Assembly: GCA_963764385.1 (NCBI GenBank)
Contig: CAVXSJ010000001.1
Coordinates: 8,582-72,581, forward strand
Direction: 5' to 3'
DNA: 64,000 nucleotides
From: an uncultured Solirubrobacteraceae bacterium
GTDB lineage: Bacteria > Actinomycetota > Thermoleophilia > Solirubrobacterales > Solirubrobacteraceae
Below are positions 27,862 through 38,579 of the stretch, in pieces (within the stretch, counting starts at the first letter, position 1; each line of letters begins with the position of its first letter). The translations under genes and the position numbers were made by a program. The notes beneath the pieces are model-generated. The model saw only the letters and a list, made by a program, of their open reading frames with translations. It had not been told where the DNA came from and searched no databases.

Positions 27862-29688
27862 ATGACCGCCCCATCTGCCGCCGGGTCGCGCGCCGTCGGC
27901 GCCGCCACCATCGCCGAAGCCTTCCGGATCACCGCGGAGGACCACCCCGACCGGGTCGCCGTGCGCACCAAGGACGACGAGGTCTCGCTCACGTGGTCCG
28001 AGCTGCGCGACCGCGTCGACGCGCTCGCCCGCGGGCTGCACGAGCTGGGCGTCCGCAAGGGCGACAACGTCGCGCTGATGCTGGCCAACCGGCCGGAGTT
28101 CCACCTCGCCGACCTCGCGGTCATGACGCTGGGGGCGACGCCGTTCTCGATCTACGCGACCTCCTCGCCCGAGCAGATCGCCTACGTGGTCGGGGACTCC
28201 GAGGCCAAGGTGGCGATCGTGGAGGAGCTGTTCGCCGCCACGTTCGACGCCGCGCGCGCCGAGCTGCCCGCGCTGGACACGGTCATCGTGCTCGAGGGCG
28301 CCCAGGGCCCGGGCACGATCGCGTGGGCCGACGTGGAGGCCACCGAGTCGGACTTCGACGTCGAGGCCGCGTGGCGCGCCGTCGAGCCCGAGGACCTGAT
28401 CACGCTGATCTACACGTCGGGCACCACCGGCCCGCCGAAGGGCGTCCAGCTCGTGCACCGCAACCTGATGGCCGCCACCCGCGGCGTCGAGCAGCTGATC
28501 CGCTTCCCTGACGGCTCGAAGGTCATCTCCTGGCTGCCGGCCGCTCACATCGCTGAGCGGATGGCCCACCACTACCTGCCGATCGTCTACGCGATGACGA
28601 TCACCTGCTGCCCGAACCCGCGCGAGGTCGTGGCCTACCTGCCCGCCGTCAAGCCGACGTGGTTCTTCGCCGTGCCGCGGATCTGGGAGAAGCTCAAGGC
28701 CGGGATGGAGGCCTACCTGGCCACCGGCGAGGGCGCCGAGCAGAAGCGCGCGTGGCTGGACGCCGCCATGCGCAAGGTCGAGCTCGAGCAGGCCGGCGAG
28801 GACGTGCCCGAGGACCTCGCGGCGACCGTCGCGGAGGGCGAGGCGCACCTGTTCGGCGGGATCCGGGCGATGCTCGGCCTCGACGAGATCGCGGCCGTCA
28901 ACGTGGGTGCGGCGCCGACGCCCCGCGAGGTGCTCGTGTTCTTCCACGCCATCGGCGTCCCGCTCGCCGAGCTGTGGGGCATGTCGGAGACCTGCGGCGC
29001 CGGCGCCTGCAACCCGCCCGAGAAGATCAAGCTCGGCTCCGTCGGCCCGCCCACGCCGGGCGTCGAGGTGCGGCTCGCCGACGAGCGAAGCGGTGATGAG
29101 GGCTCTGCCCGAGGCAGGGGGGAGCTGCTCGTGCGCTCCGACGTCGTCATGACGGGCTACCGCAACCTGCCCGATCGCACGTCGGAGTCGCTCGACGCCG
29201 ACGGCTGGCTGCACACCGGCGACATCGCCACGATCGACGATGACGGCTACATCACGATCGTGGACCGCAAGAAGGAGATCATCATCAACGCGGCCGGCAA
29301 GAACATGTCGCCGGCCAACATCGAGTCCGAGCTCAAGGGCGCCAGCCCGCTGATCGGGCAGGCGTGCGTGATCGGCGACGGGCGCTCCTACAACACGGCC
29401 CTGATCGTGCTCGACGCCGACTTCGCCCCGGCCTTCGCGGCCCAGCACGGGATGGCGGTCAAGGAGCTCGACGAGCTGGCGGGCGAGGAGGCGATCATCG
29501 CCGCCGTCCAGCAGGGCGTCGACAAGGCCAACGGCCACCTCGCGCGCGTCGAGCAGGTCAAGAAGTTCACGATCATCCGCGGCGACTGGGCGCCCGGCGC
29601 CGACGAGCTGACGCCGACGATGAAGCTCAAGCGGCGCCCGATCGCCGAGAAGTACGCCGGCGAGATCGAGTCGATGTACGCGAAGTAG
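27862..29688 (+). CDS. AMP-dependent synthetase / long-chain fatty-acid-CoA ligase
   Basis: YTSGTTGPPKGV, WGMSETCG, TGDIATIDDDGYITIVDRKKEIIINAAGKNMSP, TPTMKLKRR. Confidence 0.85.
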   Translation: MTAPSAAGSRAVGAATIAEAFRITAEDHPDRVAVRTKDDEVSLTWSELRDRVDALARGLHELGVRKGDNVALMLANRPEFHLADLAVMTLGATPFSIYATSSPEQIAYVVGDSEAKVAIVEELFAATFDAARAELPALDTVIVLEGAQGPGTIAWADVEATESDFDVEAAWRAVEPEDLITLIYTSGTTGPPKGVQLVHRNLMAATRGVEQLIRFPDGSKVISWLPAAHIAERMAHHYLPIVYAMTITCCPNPREVVAYLPAVKPTWFFAVPRIWEKLKAGMEAYLATGEGAEQKRAWLDAAMRKVELEQAGEDVPEDLAATVAEGEAHLFGGIRAMLGLDEIAAVNVGAAPTPREVLVFFHAIGVPLAELWGMSETCGAGACNPPEKIKLGSVGPPTPGVEVRLADERSGDEGSARGRGELLVRSDVVMTGYRNLPDRTSESLDADGWLHTGDIATIDDDGYITIVDRKKEIIINAAGKNMSPANIESELKGASPLIGQACVIGDGRSYNTALIVLDADFAPAFAAQHGMAVKELDELAGEEAIIAAVQQGVDKANGHLARVEQVKKFTIIRGDWAPGADELTPTMKLKRRPIAEKYAGEIESMYAK

Positions 29689-31267
29689 CCGCCAGCGACT
29701 CGACCTCGGCCCGGCCGCGCGGGACCCGGAAGCGGGCCAGCGTGGCCGGCGGCGAGGTCGGCTGCTGGGTGGTGCCGACGCCCTTGTAGGTGACCAGCAG
29801 CTCGTCGGGGCGCGCCTCCAGGACGGCGTAGCCCTTCGTGCTCTGGTTTGCGTAGGCGAAGTGGGGGTTGTTGGCGCGCAGCACCGCGTCGGCGGGGATC
29901 GTGCCGATCTCGCGCCCGCCCTCGCCGGTCGTCGTGTCGGCGACGCCCTTGGAGGTGATCGAGCCGCCCACGAACTCGGTCGCCACCGCCGCCGGCTGCC
30001 CGACGCCCTCGCGGCCGCTGGGCGTGACGCGCCCGGCGAAGAAGGTGTGGATGTCGCCGGTGACGAACGTGAGGTCCTTGACGCCACGGTCGCGCACGCG
30101 CTCGAGCACCTCGCGCCGCTCGGCGGCGTAGCCGTCCCACTGGTCGGGGTTGATGGCGCTGCCGGCCGGGAGGTCGAGGGACATGATCATCGCCTGGTTG
30201 CCGACGATCTTCCACGTCGCCTTGGAGGCGGCCAGCGAGGACACCAGCCACTCCTTCTGGGCGCCGCCGAGCATCGTGCGGCCCGGCGCCGAGCCGTCGG
30301 CGCACGGGATGAACAGCTGGTCGCCGCACGGCTGGTCGTCGCGGTAGGAGCGCTGGTCGAGCAGGAACACCTCGGCGTTGGCGCCGAACCGCTGGGCGCC
30401 GTAGATCCGGTCCCGGTCGCCGCTGACGCGTAAGCGCGGGTGGTGCTCGAAGAAGGCCTGGAAGCCGGCCGCGCGGCGCTCGAGGAACGACGCGCGCGGG
30501 TTGTCGGTGGCGCTGCCGGGCTGGTCGCGCGCCCAGTTGTCCTCGACCTCGTGGTCGTCCCAGATCGCGAGCATCGGGTGCGCGGCGCGGACCGCCCGCA
30601 GGTCGGCGTCGGAGTGGTACAGCGCGTACTTGTCGCGGTACTCCGGGAGCGTCTGCACCTCGGCGTCGCCGTTGGCGCCGGTCGAGTCCTTGCGGACCGC
30701 CGCGTCGTCGTAGTGCTTCTCGTAGATGTAGTCGCCGAGGCAGATCACGAAGTCGAGGTCTTGCTCCTTCGCCAGCGCGGCGTGCGGCGTGTAGTAGCCG
30801 GACTCGTAGTCCTGGCAGGAGAAGAAGGCGATCCGGACGGGCTCGCGCGAGTCGGCGGGCCGCGCGGTGGCGAAGCGGCCGACCGGGCCGTCGACGGTGC
30901 AGGAGACGAAGCGGTAGTAGTAGCGCTCGCCCGGCTTGAGGACCTCGTGCTCGGCACGGTGGTGGACCGCGTAGCCGTTGCCGCCCGCCGCGGTGGCGGA
31001 CTTGCGGTAGACGACGCGGCGGAAGTCGGCGTCGGGAGAGATCTCCACCTGCAGCCGCGCATCGCGTGTGAGGCCCTCGACCTTGCTCCACAGCGTGATC
31101 CCGTTGGTGGTCGGCTGGCCGGAGGCCACCCCCTGGGGGAACGCGACGTCGCGCGCCAGAGGGAGTTGGAGGCGGCGGCTGAAGGCCGCCTTCGGGAGCA
31201 GCAGGGTGCCGGCTCCGGCGGCGGCGGTCGCGAGGAAGGCGCGGCGGTTCACAGGCTGGTTGCGCAT
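29627..31267 (-). CDS. phoD: Tat-exported alkaline phosphatase D
   Basis: Twin-arginine signal (NRRAFLATAAAGAGTLL). PhoD motifs: FPQGVASGQPT, IAFFSCQDY, VICLGDYIYE, IWDDHEVEDN, LGGAQKEWL, NPDQWDGY, FVTGDIH. The 3' tail overlaps the convergent CoA-ligase gene by 62 nt. Confidence 0.88.
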   Translation of the reverse strand: MRNQPVNRRAFLATAAAGAGTLLLPKAAFSRRLQLPLARDVAFPQGVASGQPTTNGITLWSKVEGLTRDARLQVEISPDADFRRVVYRKSATAAGGNGYAVHHRAEHEVLKPGERYYYRFVSCTVDGPVGRFATARPADSREPVRIAFFSCQDYESGYYTPHAALAKEQDLDFVICLGDYIYEKHYDDAAVRKDSTGANGDAEVQTLPEYRDKYALYHSDADLRAVRAAHPMLAIWDDHEVEDNWARDQPGSATDNPRASFLERRAAGFQAFFEHHPRLRVSGDRDRIYGAQRFGANAEVFLLDQRSYRDDQPCGDQLFIPCADGSAPGRTMLGGAQKEWLVSSLAASKATWKIVGNQAMIMSLDLPAGSAINPDQWDGYAAERREVLERVRDRGVKDLTFVTGDIHTFFAGRVTPSGREGVGQPAAVATEFVGGSITSKGVADTTTGEGGREIGTIPADAVLRANNPHFAYANQSTKGYAVLEARPDELLVTYKGVGTTQQPTSPPATLARFRVPRGRAEVESLAATSRTSTRSRRRTSRRSGAA

Positions 31268-31300
31268 CGGTACAGCAGTTTGCCGGATACTGGACCGAAC

Positions 31301-32047
31301 ATGGTGCGGTTCCTGTTACTTCTGCTCGCCCTTGCCCTCGGGGCGGCGCTCGCGCCGTCCGCGGGTGCGCAGGACGTGTGCGCCGCCCAGGACCCGGTCG
31401 ACCCGCGCGAGCGCTGCGACTCGGGCGGCGGTGCGGGGGCGTGTGTGGCGACCTCGGGCTTCAAGTCGGTCTCAGCACGGGCGCGCGGCCGCGGGCTGCG
31501 GCTCGGCTTCACGCGGCGGCGGGCGCGACGGGTCACCGTCGACGTGTTCCAGCACTCGGCCGGGCGGCGCGTGCTCGGCAACCGGCGGGTCGCGCACTTC
31601 ACGGGGCGCCGGGCGGGGGTCGTGTGGGGCGGGCGGCGCGGGAGCGCCGGGCTGTACTCGGCGCGGTTCACGATGAAGCTGCCCGGCGGGCTGCGCGACG
31701 TGCGCCGCGTGGCGCTGCGGCGCGCCGGTGGGCGGTTCACGAGGCGGCCGTCCTTCTACCGGCGCGCCTCGTGCGGAGCCGTCACCTCCTTCAAGCTCGA
31801 GCGGCCGGCCTTCGCCCGGCGCGGCTTGGGGATCGCGTTCCGGCTCGGTGGTCCGGCACGGGTCACGGTGACGGTGCGCCGGGGCGGGAAGACGGTCCGG
31901 CGCTTCAAGGCGCGCTCTGGCGTGGCGGGCCGGACCTATCGGCTGCGGCTGCGCTCGGCGCGGCGCGGCGACCACGTGGTGCGGCTGAGCGCGCGCCTTG
32001 CCTCGGGCCGCGTCGTGCGAGCGAGGCTCACCTCGAGGCGCCTGTGA
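31301..32047 (+). CDS. Secreted arginine-rich protein with two tandem Ig/FlgD-Ig-like beta-sandwich modules; function unknown
   Basis: Signal peptide MVRFLLLLLALALGAALAPSAGA, a Cys-containing linker, then two repeats of about 100 aa (RVTVDVFQHSAGRRVL...; RVTVTVRRGGKTVRRF...RGDHVVRLSA). It is collinear with the module at 33490-34144. Confidence 0.55.
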   Translation: MVRFLLLLLALALGAALAPSAGAQDVCAAQDPVDPRERCDSGGGAGACVATSGFKSVSARARGRGLRLGFTRRRARRVTVDVFQHSAGRRVLGNRRVAHFTGRRAGVVWGGRRGSAGLYSARFTMKLPGGLRDVRRVALRRAGGRFTRRPSFYRRASCGAVTSFKLERPAFARRGLGIAFRLGGPARVTVTVRRGGKTVRRFKARSGVAGRTYRLRLRSARRGDHVVRLSARLASGRVVRARLTSRRL

Positions 32048-34144
32048 GGGTCCTGCTCGCGCTGCTGGCGCTGGCGGTCCTCGCCCCGGCGGCGGCCGCG
32101 CAGGTGCCGGCCGACGCCGGCGGGCCGCTCGTCTACGTGTTCGTGCTCGACGGCCTGGACGGCGACAAGGTCGACGAGGGCAAGGCGCCGTTCCTGAGCT
32201 CGCTGCTGGCGGGCGAGGGCGCGCATGCCACGTACTACCGCGAGTCGCGCTCGGTGATGGTGGCCGAGACCAACCCGAACCACACCGCGATGGCCACCGG
32301 CGCGTTCGGCGACCGTTCGGGGATCCCCGGCAACGCGTTCGCCGTCTACGACGCGGCGGCCCAGGGCGCCTGCCCGACCGACGGCGCGACGGCGGGCGCC
32401 CCGGCCGAGACCGACGGCCAGGCCGCGGACTGCGTGCTGGCCGAGAACTTCTTCACCGCCGCGCGGCGCCAGGCGGGCGCTGAGGCGATCACCACGGCGG
32501 GGATCTTCGGCAAGCCCAAGCTCGCGCGGCTGTTCTCCACCCGCCGGGCGGTGGCCGCTCCCGCGTTCGACGCGGACTACCTGTGGACGCCGTGCGAGGC
32601 GCCGGGCGACGACACGCCGTACTGCAAGACCGTCCCGCTGAACCCGGCGACGATGTACGCGGCGTCGGACGGGATCGTGATGGACGAGGTGCTGCGCAGC
32701 GTGCGCGAGGGCGTGGACGCCGACGGCGCCCGCAAGCGGCCGAACCTGACGTTCGTGAACCTCCCGCAGATCGATTCGGCGGGCCACGCCACCGGCACCG
32801 GGGCCGCCTACGACGCGGCGATCGGGCTCGCCGACGACGAGCTGCGGCGGTTCGCCGACCAGCAGCGCTCGCTCGGGCTGTGGGAGCGCACGGTGATGCT
32901 CGTCGTCTCCGACCACTCGATGGACACGACGGGGGACAAGGCCTCGCTCGACCTGCGCTTCCGCGCGGCGGGCATCGCCTCCGGCGACTACCTGATCGTG
33001 CAGAACGGGTCCGTCGACATGGTCTACCTGACCGACCGCGGGCGGGCCGATCGCGACGCGCTGCTCGCGAAGCTGCGCGCGGCGGCGCTCCCCGTGGCGG
33101 ACGAGGCGCTCTATCGCGTGGGCAACCCCGCCGACGGTGGCGCGGCGCACACACTGGACGCGGTGCATCCGGGGTGGCGGATCGCGGGGGAGCGCTCCGG
33201 CGACCTGTTCGTGACACGGGGGGCGGGCGCCGCGTGGTCGGATCCGGCCAACCCGCTGACGGGCAACCACGGCGGGCCGCTGACGAGCGACAACACGTTC
33301 GCGGTGATCTCCGGCGGCGAGCAGGTGCGCCAGCAGTCGCTCTCCGGCGTCGTAGGCGCGCGGTTCGACGACACGCTGGCCAACCCGGGGCAGGCGCAGA
33401 ACGTCGACGTCGCGCCGACCGTGCTCGCGCTGCTGGGACGCGGGGCGCCGGCCGACAGCGAGGGACGGGTGCTCGGCGAGGCGTTCGCGCCGGGGGTGCT
33501 CCCGACGGCGCGGGGGCGGGGGCGGTTCGTCGGCGTGCGTCGCGACGCCGGCTTTGCGATCGCTGCGGGTGCGCGCGGTACGGCGCGGGCTGCGGATCGG
33601 CTTCCGTCGCACGGGGTCCGCACGGGTGTCCGTCGACGTCGTGCGGGCCTCCCGTGGCCGGCGGGTCGTCTCGCGCGTGGTGGCGCGCTTCCCGCGTCGT
33701 GCGCGGGGGTTCGTGTGGCGCGGGCGGGGAGCGGGGCGCGGCGAGTACGTGGTGCGCCTGCGCACGCGCGATGCCTCGGGCGCGCGGGTGACGCGGCGGG
33801 TGGCGGTCCACCGCGGTGCGCGCCGGTTCTCGCGCCGCCCGGCGATCGAGCGCTCGACCCGATGCGGCGTCCTGCGCTCGCTGCGGCTGTCGCGGCCGGT
33901 GTTCGGCTCGCGGCGGGCGGCCCGGGTGTCGTTCTCGCTGCGCCGGCCGGCTGTGGGCTCGGCGACTGTGTTGCGGCGCGGCGGCGTCGTGCGCCGCTTC
34001 CCCGCGCGTTCGCGGCGGGCGGGGAAGGTCCACCGGCTGCGGATCGCAGGCGGCTCGCTGAGGCGGGGCCACTACCGGATTCGGTTGCGTTTGCGTGCTG
34101 ACGGGCGGACCGCGACGTACGCGGTCACCGCGCGCCGCCTCTGA
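32044..34144 (+). CDS. Secreted nucleotide pyrophosphatase/phosphodiesterase (alkaline-phosphatase superfamily); its C-terminal Arg-rich double beta-sandwich module is in a different frame (shift about 33490-33525)
   Basis: GTG 32044 overlaps the upstream stop and is followed by the signal peptide VRVLLALLALAVLAPAAAAQ. NPP motifs: VFVLDGLDG, ETNPNHTAMATG, PQIDSAGHATG, VSDHSM, GNHGG. As written, the catalytic frame runs on to 34101 as Arg/Ala-rich text. The frame of ORF 33554..34144, open from about 33420, encodes GGGGGSSACVATPALRSLRVRAVRRGLRIGF..., a paralogue of 31301-32047. Confidence 0.7.
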
Positions 34145-34269
34145 CGCAGTCGCCGCGTTCCCGCCCGCGGCCTGTGAACTCGGCCGCCGCGATGACCGTT
34201 GGGGCGGCCAGGCGGGCAGACTTGCGCGGCGCTCTCGACGCCCGCCGGCGCGCGAGGTACCGTCGCCCC

Positions 34270-34557
34270 ATGGATCGCCTCCAGCGCGAGCGCGGCGAGC
34301 ACGCCGCCGATCTCCACGGTGAAGAGGAAATCGCGCCGGTTCCGGCGCAGGCCGGCTCGCTCGCGTGGGCCTCGGCCGTCGGCAACCAGGCAGTGCAGCG
34401 CCTCGCCCGCGAGGCGATGCCCGAGACCGAGATGGAGGCAGAGGAGGACGCGGCGCCGCCGGAGGTCGAGGCGATGACCGCGGCCGGGATCGGCCCTGCC
34501 GAGGCTGCCGGCCTCGCGGCCGTGGACGACCTCGCGGAGGACGACCTCCCCGGCTAG
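34270..34557 (+). CDS. Small acidic protein carrying an 'A-x-GNQAVQRL' box; possible partner of the downstream toxin
   Basis: The ORF is open from 34174; ATG 34270 gives 95 aa. The box SLAWASAVGNQAVQRLARE resembles the box at the N-terminus of the next gene. The stop lies 4 nt before the next ATG. The start is uncertain. Confidence 0.4.
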   Translation: MDRLQRERGEHAADLHGEEEIAPVPAQAGSLAWASAVGNQAVQRLAREAMPETEMEAEEDAAPPEVEAMTAAGIGPAEAAGLAAVDDLAEDDLPG

Positions 34558-34561
34558 CCGC

Positions 34562-37500
34562 ATGGCAGCGGCCCGGGAACGCGAACAGGAGGAGCAGGCC
34601 GAGGCCGCCGCTCCCGAGGCGGCCGCCCAAGCGCCCGTCTCGGTGCCGGTCGGCCCGATGAGCCCTGCCGGGGTGATGGCGCTCCAGCGCCTCGTCGGCA
34701 ACTCCGCCGTCACGGGCATGCTCGACGAGCGCCGTGAGCCAGGTGCCGCCGAGTCGGCGCACGGCGCCGCGGAGTCGCAGGCGGCAAACGGCGCCGCTGC
34801 GCCAGGGCAGGCCGCGGAGGCCCGTGCGGGGGTCGGCCAGGCCGCGCAGGGTGGCGCCTACGGCGCCGGGGTCGGCCAGGCTGCCGAGGCCGATGCCGGC
34901 GGTGGGGCCGGCCAGGGCGCGCAGGGCGGCGCCGCGGCCGGGGGCGCCGCGCAGCGGCCGGGCGCGGGCGGCGTGTTGGAGGCCTTTGAGGCGATCGTGC
35001 GCGGGACCGCCGGCGCGACGCCCGCCGAGGGGTCGTCGATGCAGGACTTCCTCAGGAGGCTGGCGGGTGGCGCCGCGGGCGGGGCTGGTGCGGGCGCCGA
35101 GGGCGCGGCGGCGGGCGGCGCCGCGGGTGCGGGTGCGGCTGGTGCGACCGCGGAGGGCGCGGTGGCGGGCGGCGCTGCGGGCGCGGGTGGTGCGACCGCG
35201 GAGGGCGCGGTGGCGGGCGGCGCTGCGGGTGCGGGCGCGGCGTGGTGCGACCGCGGAGGGCGCGGTGGCGGGCGGCGCTGCGGGCGCGGCTGGAGCGGCC
35301 GCCGAGGGCGCGGCGGCTGCGGCCGCGGGCGGTGCGGCCGGTGCCGCGGCGGCGGGCGGGGCGGCCGGTGCCGCGGCGGCGGGCGGTGGTGTCGGCGCGG
35401 TCGCCGCGAGCGCCAAGGCCGGGGCCGGTGCGGCCGCCCAGGAGGGTGCGGCGGCCGGAGCGGCGCCGGCAGGCGGCGCGGGCGCGGCGGCGGCCGGGGG
35501 AGCCCAGCAGGCCGCGGGAGGCGGCGGAGGGGCCGCCGCCGGTGGCTCCGCCGCGGCGGCGGAAGCCGCTCCCGCGCGCGCCCCCGAGGAGGACCCGAAC
35601 TTCCAGGCCATGAAGGGCAAGGCCGGAGCGGCCGGCGCCAAGGCCAAGGCCCACCAGCCGGCCGCCGCGGGCGCCTCCGCCGCTCAGGCCGCCGCCCAGC
35701 CGCCCGGCAACGACATCGCCGGCCAGGCGGCGGGCCACCAGGTCGAGGAGATGGGCAAGCAGCAGCCCGGCACCTTCGACCGCAAGGCCTTCATCGCCGC
35801 GGTCAAGAAGGCGATCGACGCGGCGGCGCCCAAGAACCTCGAGGAGGCCGACGACTTCAAGGACTCCGGCAAGGCCGGCAAGGTCAAGGACGAGGTCGGC
35901 GGCCTCGTCAAGGGCGGCAAGAAGGACTCCGAGAAGGACATCAAGCAGGCCACCGACGCGCCACCCGACGCCTCCAAGGCCACGCCCAAGCAGGTCGTCC
36001 CGCTCTCACCCGACGAGCCAGGCGCCGCCACCCCCTCCGTGGGCGCCGCCTCCTCGATGCCGGGTCCGAGGCCCGCGGAGGAGACCGACCTGTCCGCCGG
36101 TCCCGCCGAGGTCGACCAGCAGATGGTCGACGCCGAGGTCACCGACGAGCAGCTCCAGAAGTCCAACGAGCCCGAGTTCACGGGCGCCCTCGACGCCCGC
36201 CAGGAGGCCAAGGAGCACGCCACCACGGCGCCGATGGAGTACCGCGCCCAGGAGAGCGAGATCCTCGAGAAGGGCCGCGAGGAGGCGACCGCCGCCGAGG
36301 GCATGCACCTCAAGGGCATGCAGGGCGCCAAGCTCGAGACGATCGCCAAGGTCGCCGGCGAGAAGGGGGAGACCAAGAGCCAGGACGAGTCCAAGCGCGC
36401 GAAGGTCGCCGCCGACATCCAGGCGATCTACGACAAGACCAAGACCGACGTCACGGGGATCCTCACCGCGCTCGACGGCAAGGTCGACGCGACCTTCACC
36501 CGCGGCGAGGCCAGCGCGCGCCAGCAGTTCGAGGACTACGTCGGCACGAAGATGGCCGCCTACAAGGAGGACCGCTACAGCGGTTGGTTCGGCGGCGCCC
36601 GGTGGCTCAAGGACAAGCTCTTCGGAATGCCCGACGCGGTCAACGCCTTCTACTCAGACGGCCGCGACGCGTACATGACGACGATGGACGGCGTGATCGG
36701 CGAAGTCGCCGACCTCGTCGGCAACGAGCTCAACGCGGCGCGCCTGAAGATCGCCGCGGGCCGCGCCGAGGTCCACGACTACGTGACGCAGCTCCCCCAG
36801 GACCTGCAGAAGGTGGGCAAGGACGCGGAGGGCAAGCTCGACCAGCAGTGGGACGACCTCTCCAGCGACGTCGACAACAAGCAGGACGCGATGGTCGACA
36901 CGATCGCGCAGAAGTACGTCGCCTCGCGCGACGCGCTCAACGACCGCATCGAGGAGCTGAAGGCGGCCAACAAGGGCCTGGTCGCGAAGGCGCTGGACGC
37001 CGTCGTCGGCGTCATCAAGACGATCCTCAAGCTCAAGGACATGCTGCTCAACGTCCTGGCCAAGGCCGCGGACGTGATCGGCGACATCATCACGGACCCG
37101 ATCGGCTTCCTGGGCAACCTGATCGGCGGCATCAAGGACGGCCTCAGCCGGTTCGTCGACAACATCGGGACCCACTTGCAGAACGGCCTGATGGGCTGGC
37201 TGTTCGGCGCGCTCGGCGACGCCGGCATCAAGATGCCCAAGACCTTCGACCTGGCCGGGATCTTCGAGCTCGTGATGGACGTGCTCGGCTTCAGCTACCG
37301 GAGCATCCGCGGGCGGGTCGCGAAGATCGTCGGCGAGCCCGTCGTCGAGAAGATGGAGTCGACCGTCGACGTCTTCAAGAAGCTCGCCACCGAGGGCGTC
37401 GCGGGGCTGTGGGAGTGGATCAAGGACAAGATCGGCGACTTCCAGGACCTCGTCCTCGGAGGGATCAAGGACTTCATCATCGAGCGCGTGATCAAGGGCG

Positions 37501-38579
37501 GGATCACGTGGCTGCTCTCGCTCCTGAACCCCGCCGCGGCGTTCATCAAGGCGTGCCAGGCGATCTACAACATCGTCATGTTCATCGTCGAGCGCGGCTC
37601 GCAGATCATGGAGTTCGTCAACTCCGTGCTGGACTCGATCGGCGCCATCGCGCGAGGCCAGCTCAGCGTCGCCGCCGAGAAGGTCGAGAGCGCCCTCGCC
37701 AAGGCCCTCCCGCTCGCGATCTCCTTCCTCGCCAGCCTGCTCAACCTCGGCGGCATCACCGACAAGATCCGCGAGGGCATCGACAAGGTCCGCAAGCCGA
37801 TCGAGAAGGCGGTCGACTTCGTCGTCCTCGGCGCCGTCAAGGGCTTCAAGAAGCTGTTCGGCGGCGCGGTCGGGTGGGTCAAGGACAAGGCCGCGAAGGG
37901 CAAGCAGTGGGCGACCGACAAGGCGACCGCCGCCAAGGAGTGGGGCGCCGGCAAGGTCAAGGGGATCAAGGACCGCTTCACCGGCGGGGGAGACGAGCCG
38001 GCGACCGAGGCCGAGCAGGCACCGGACGGGGACGAGCGCACTCCGGACCAGAAGAAGGCCGACGTCGACGCCGCCGTCGCCGAGGCGGACGGGCTCGAGG
38101 AGGCGCCGGAGGCGAGCACGGATTCCGTGCGCGACCGGCTGCCCGAGATTCAGGAGCGCTATCGCCTGCGCAGCCTCGTCCTGGTCGAGGACAGCGACAC
38201 CGAGTTCCACGTCGAGGGCAAGGTCAACCCAGAGAAGAAGGGCAAGCAGTGGCGGCGGCCGGCCGACCTGCCCGCATGGGGGAAACTGACCGTCAGGGAG
38301 GACTGGCAGCACATCTATGACGGCCACTGGGAGGGCACTCCGGTCCAGACGCGGGGCAACAACGACGTCTTCTGGGGACTGACCAAGGAGCAAATCAAGC
38401 GGGTCGTTCGCGGCGCCTATGACAACATCGCCTCGAAGCTGCAGACGCAGGGTCCTCGCATCAGGGTTCGCGGGGAGTACGACGGCTGGACCGTTGAGTT
38501 CTGGATCAACAAGGAAGACAAGGTGCTCGAGTCGGCCTATCCGATCGGCACGGGCGGCGGCGAGCGGGGTGAGCCGTGA
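34562..38579 (+). CDS. Giant polymorphic-toxin-like protein (about 1,338 aa once one extra base near 35242 is removed) with an EndoU-like C-terminal module
   Basis: The N-terminus (frame of ORF 34562) carries MALQRLVGNSAVTGML, then an Ala/Gly low-complexity tract. From 35244 the frame of ORF 34734 carries a Lys/Glu-rich coiled coil. It then carries an amphipathic/hydrophobic helical core (DPIGFLGNLIGGIKDGLSRFVDNIGTHLQNGLMGWLFGAL...LPLAISFLASLLNLGG). A distinct terminal module follows (WQHIYDGHWEG...VFWGLTKEQIKRVV...WTVEFWINKEDKVLESAYPIG). Confidence 0.7.
35141..35291 (+). repeat. Three copies of a 48-nt tandem repeat (ATAEGAVAGGAAGAG) with a 7-nt spacer that breaks the frame
   Basis: Copies lie at 35141-35188, 35189-35236 and 35244-35291. 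The junction GCGGCGT (35237-35243) is 7 nt long, so it breaks the reading frame. The sequence just upstream of copy 1 (...GCGGCT-GGTGCGACC) suggests a 6-nt GCGGCT spacer was expected there. Confidence 0.85.

Noticed and set aside
26389-30087. 1,232-aa ORF on the minus strand. Similar giants occur at 32489..35647 (1,052 aa), 40268..42796 upstream part, 45421..46509, 11023..12552 and 12764..15319.
   Set aside because: These are Arg/Pro/Ala/Gly-rich low-complexity translations antisense to, or out of frame with, genes that carry clear family motifs (dxr, rseP, CoA ligase, toxin and others). Stop-free alternative frames are expected at this GC content.
34850-35600. Highly repetitive GC-rich DNA that could be mistaken for a CRISPR-like or satellite array.
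   Set aside because: The repeats are contiguous with no unique spacers, are in frame, and encode the Ala/Gly low-complexity linker of the toxin gene.
34562-38579. DUF4157 zincin, LXG, WXG100, Rhs/YD or PAAR elements that would classify the toxin's delivery route.
   Set aside because: I scanned the translation and saw no HExxH, no WxG or LxG helical N-domain and no YD repeats. None of these labels can be supported.
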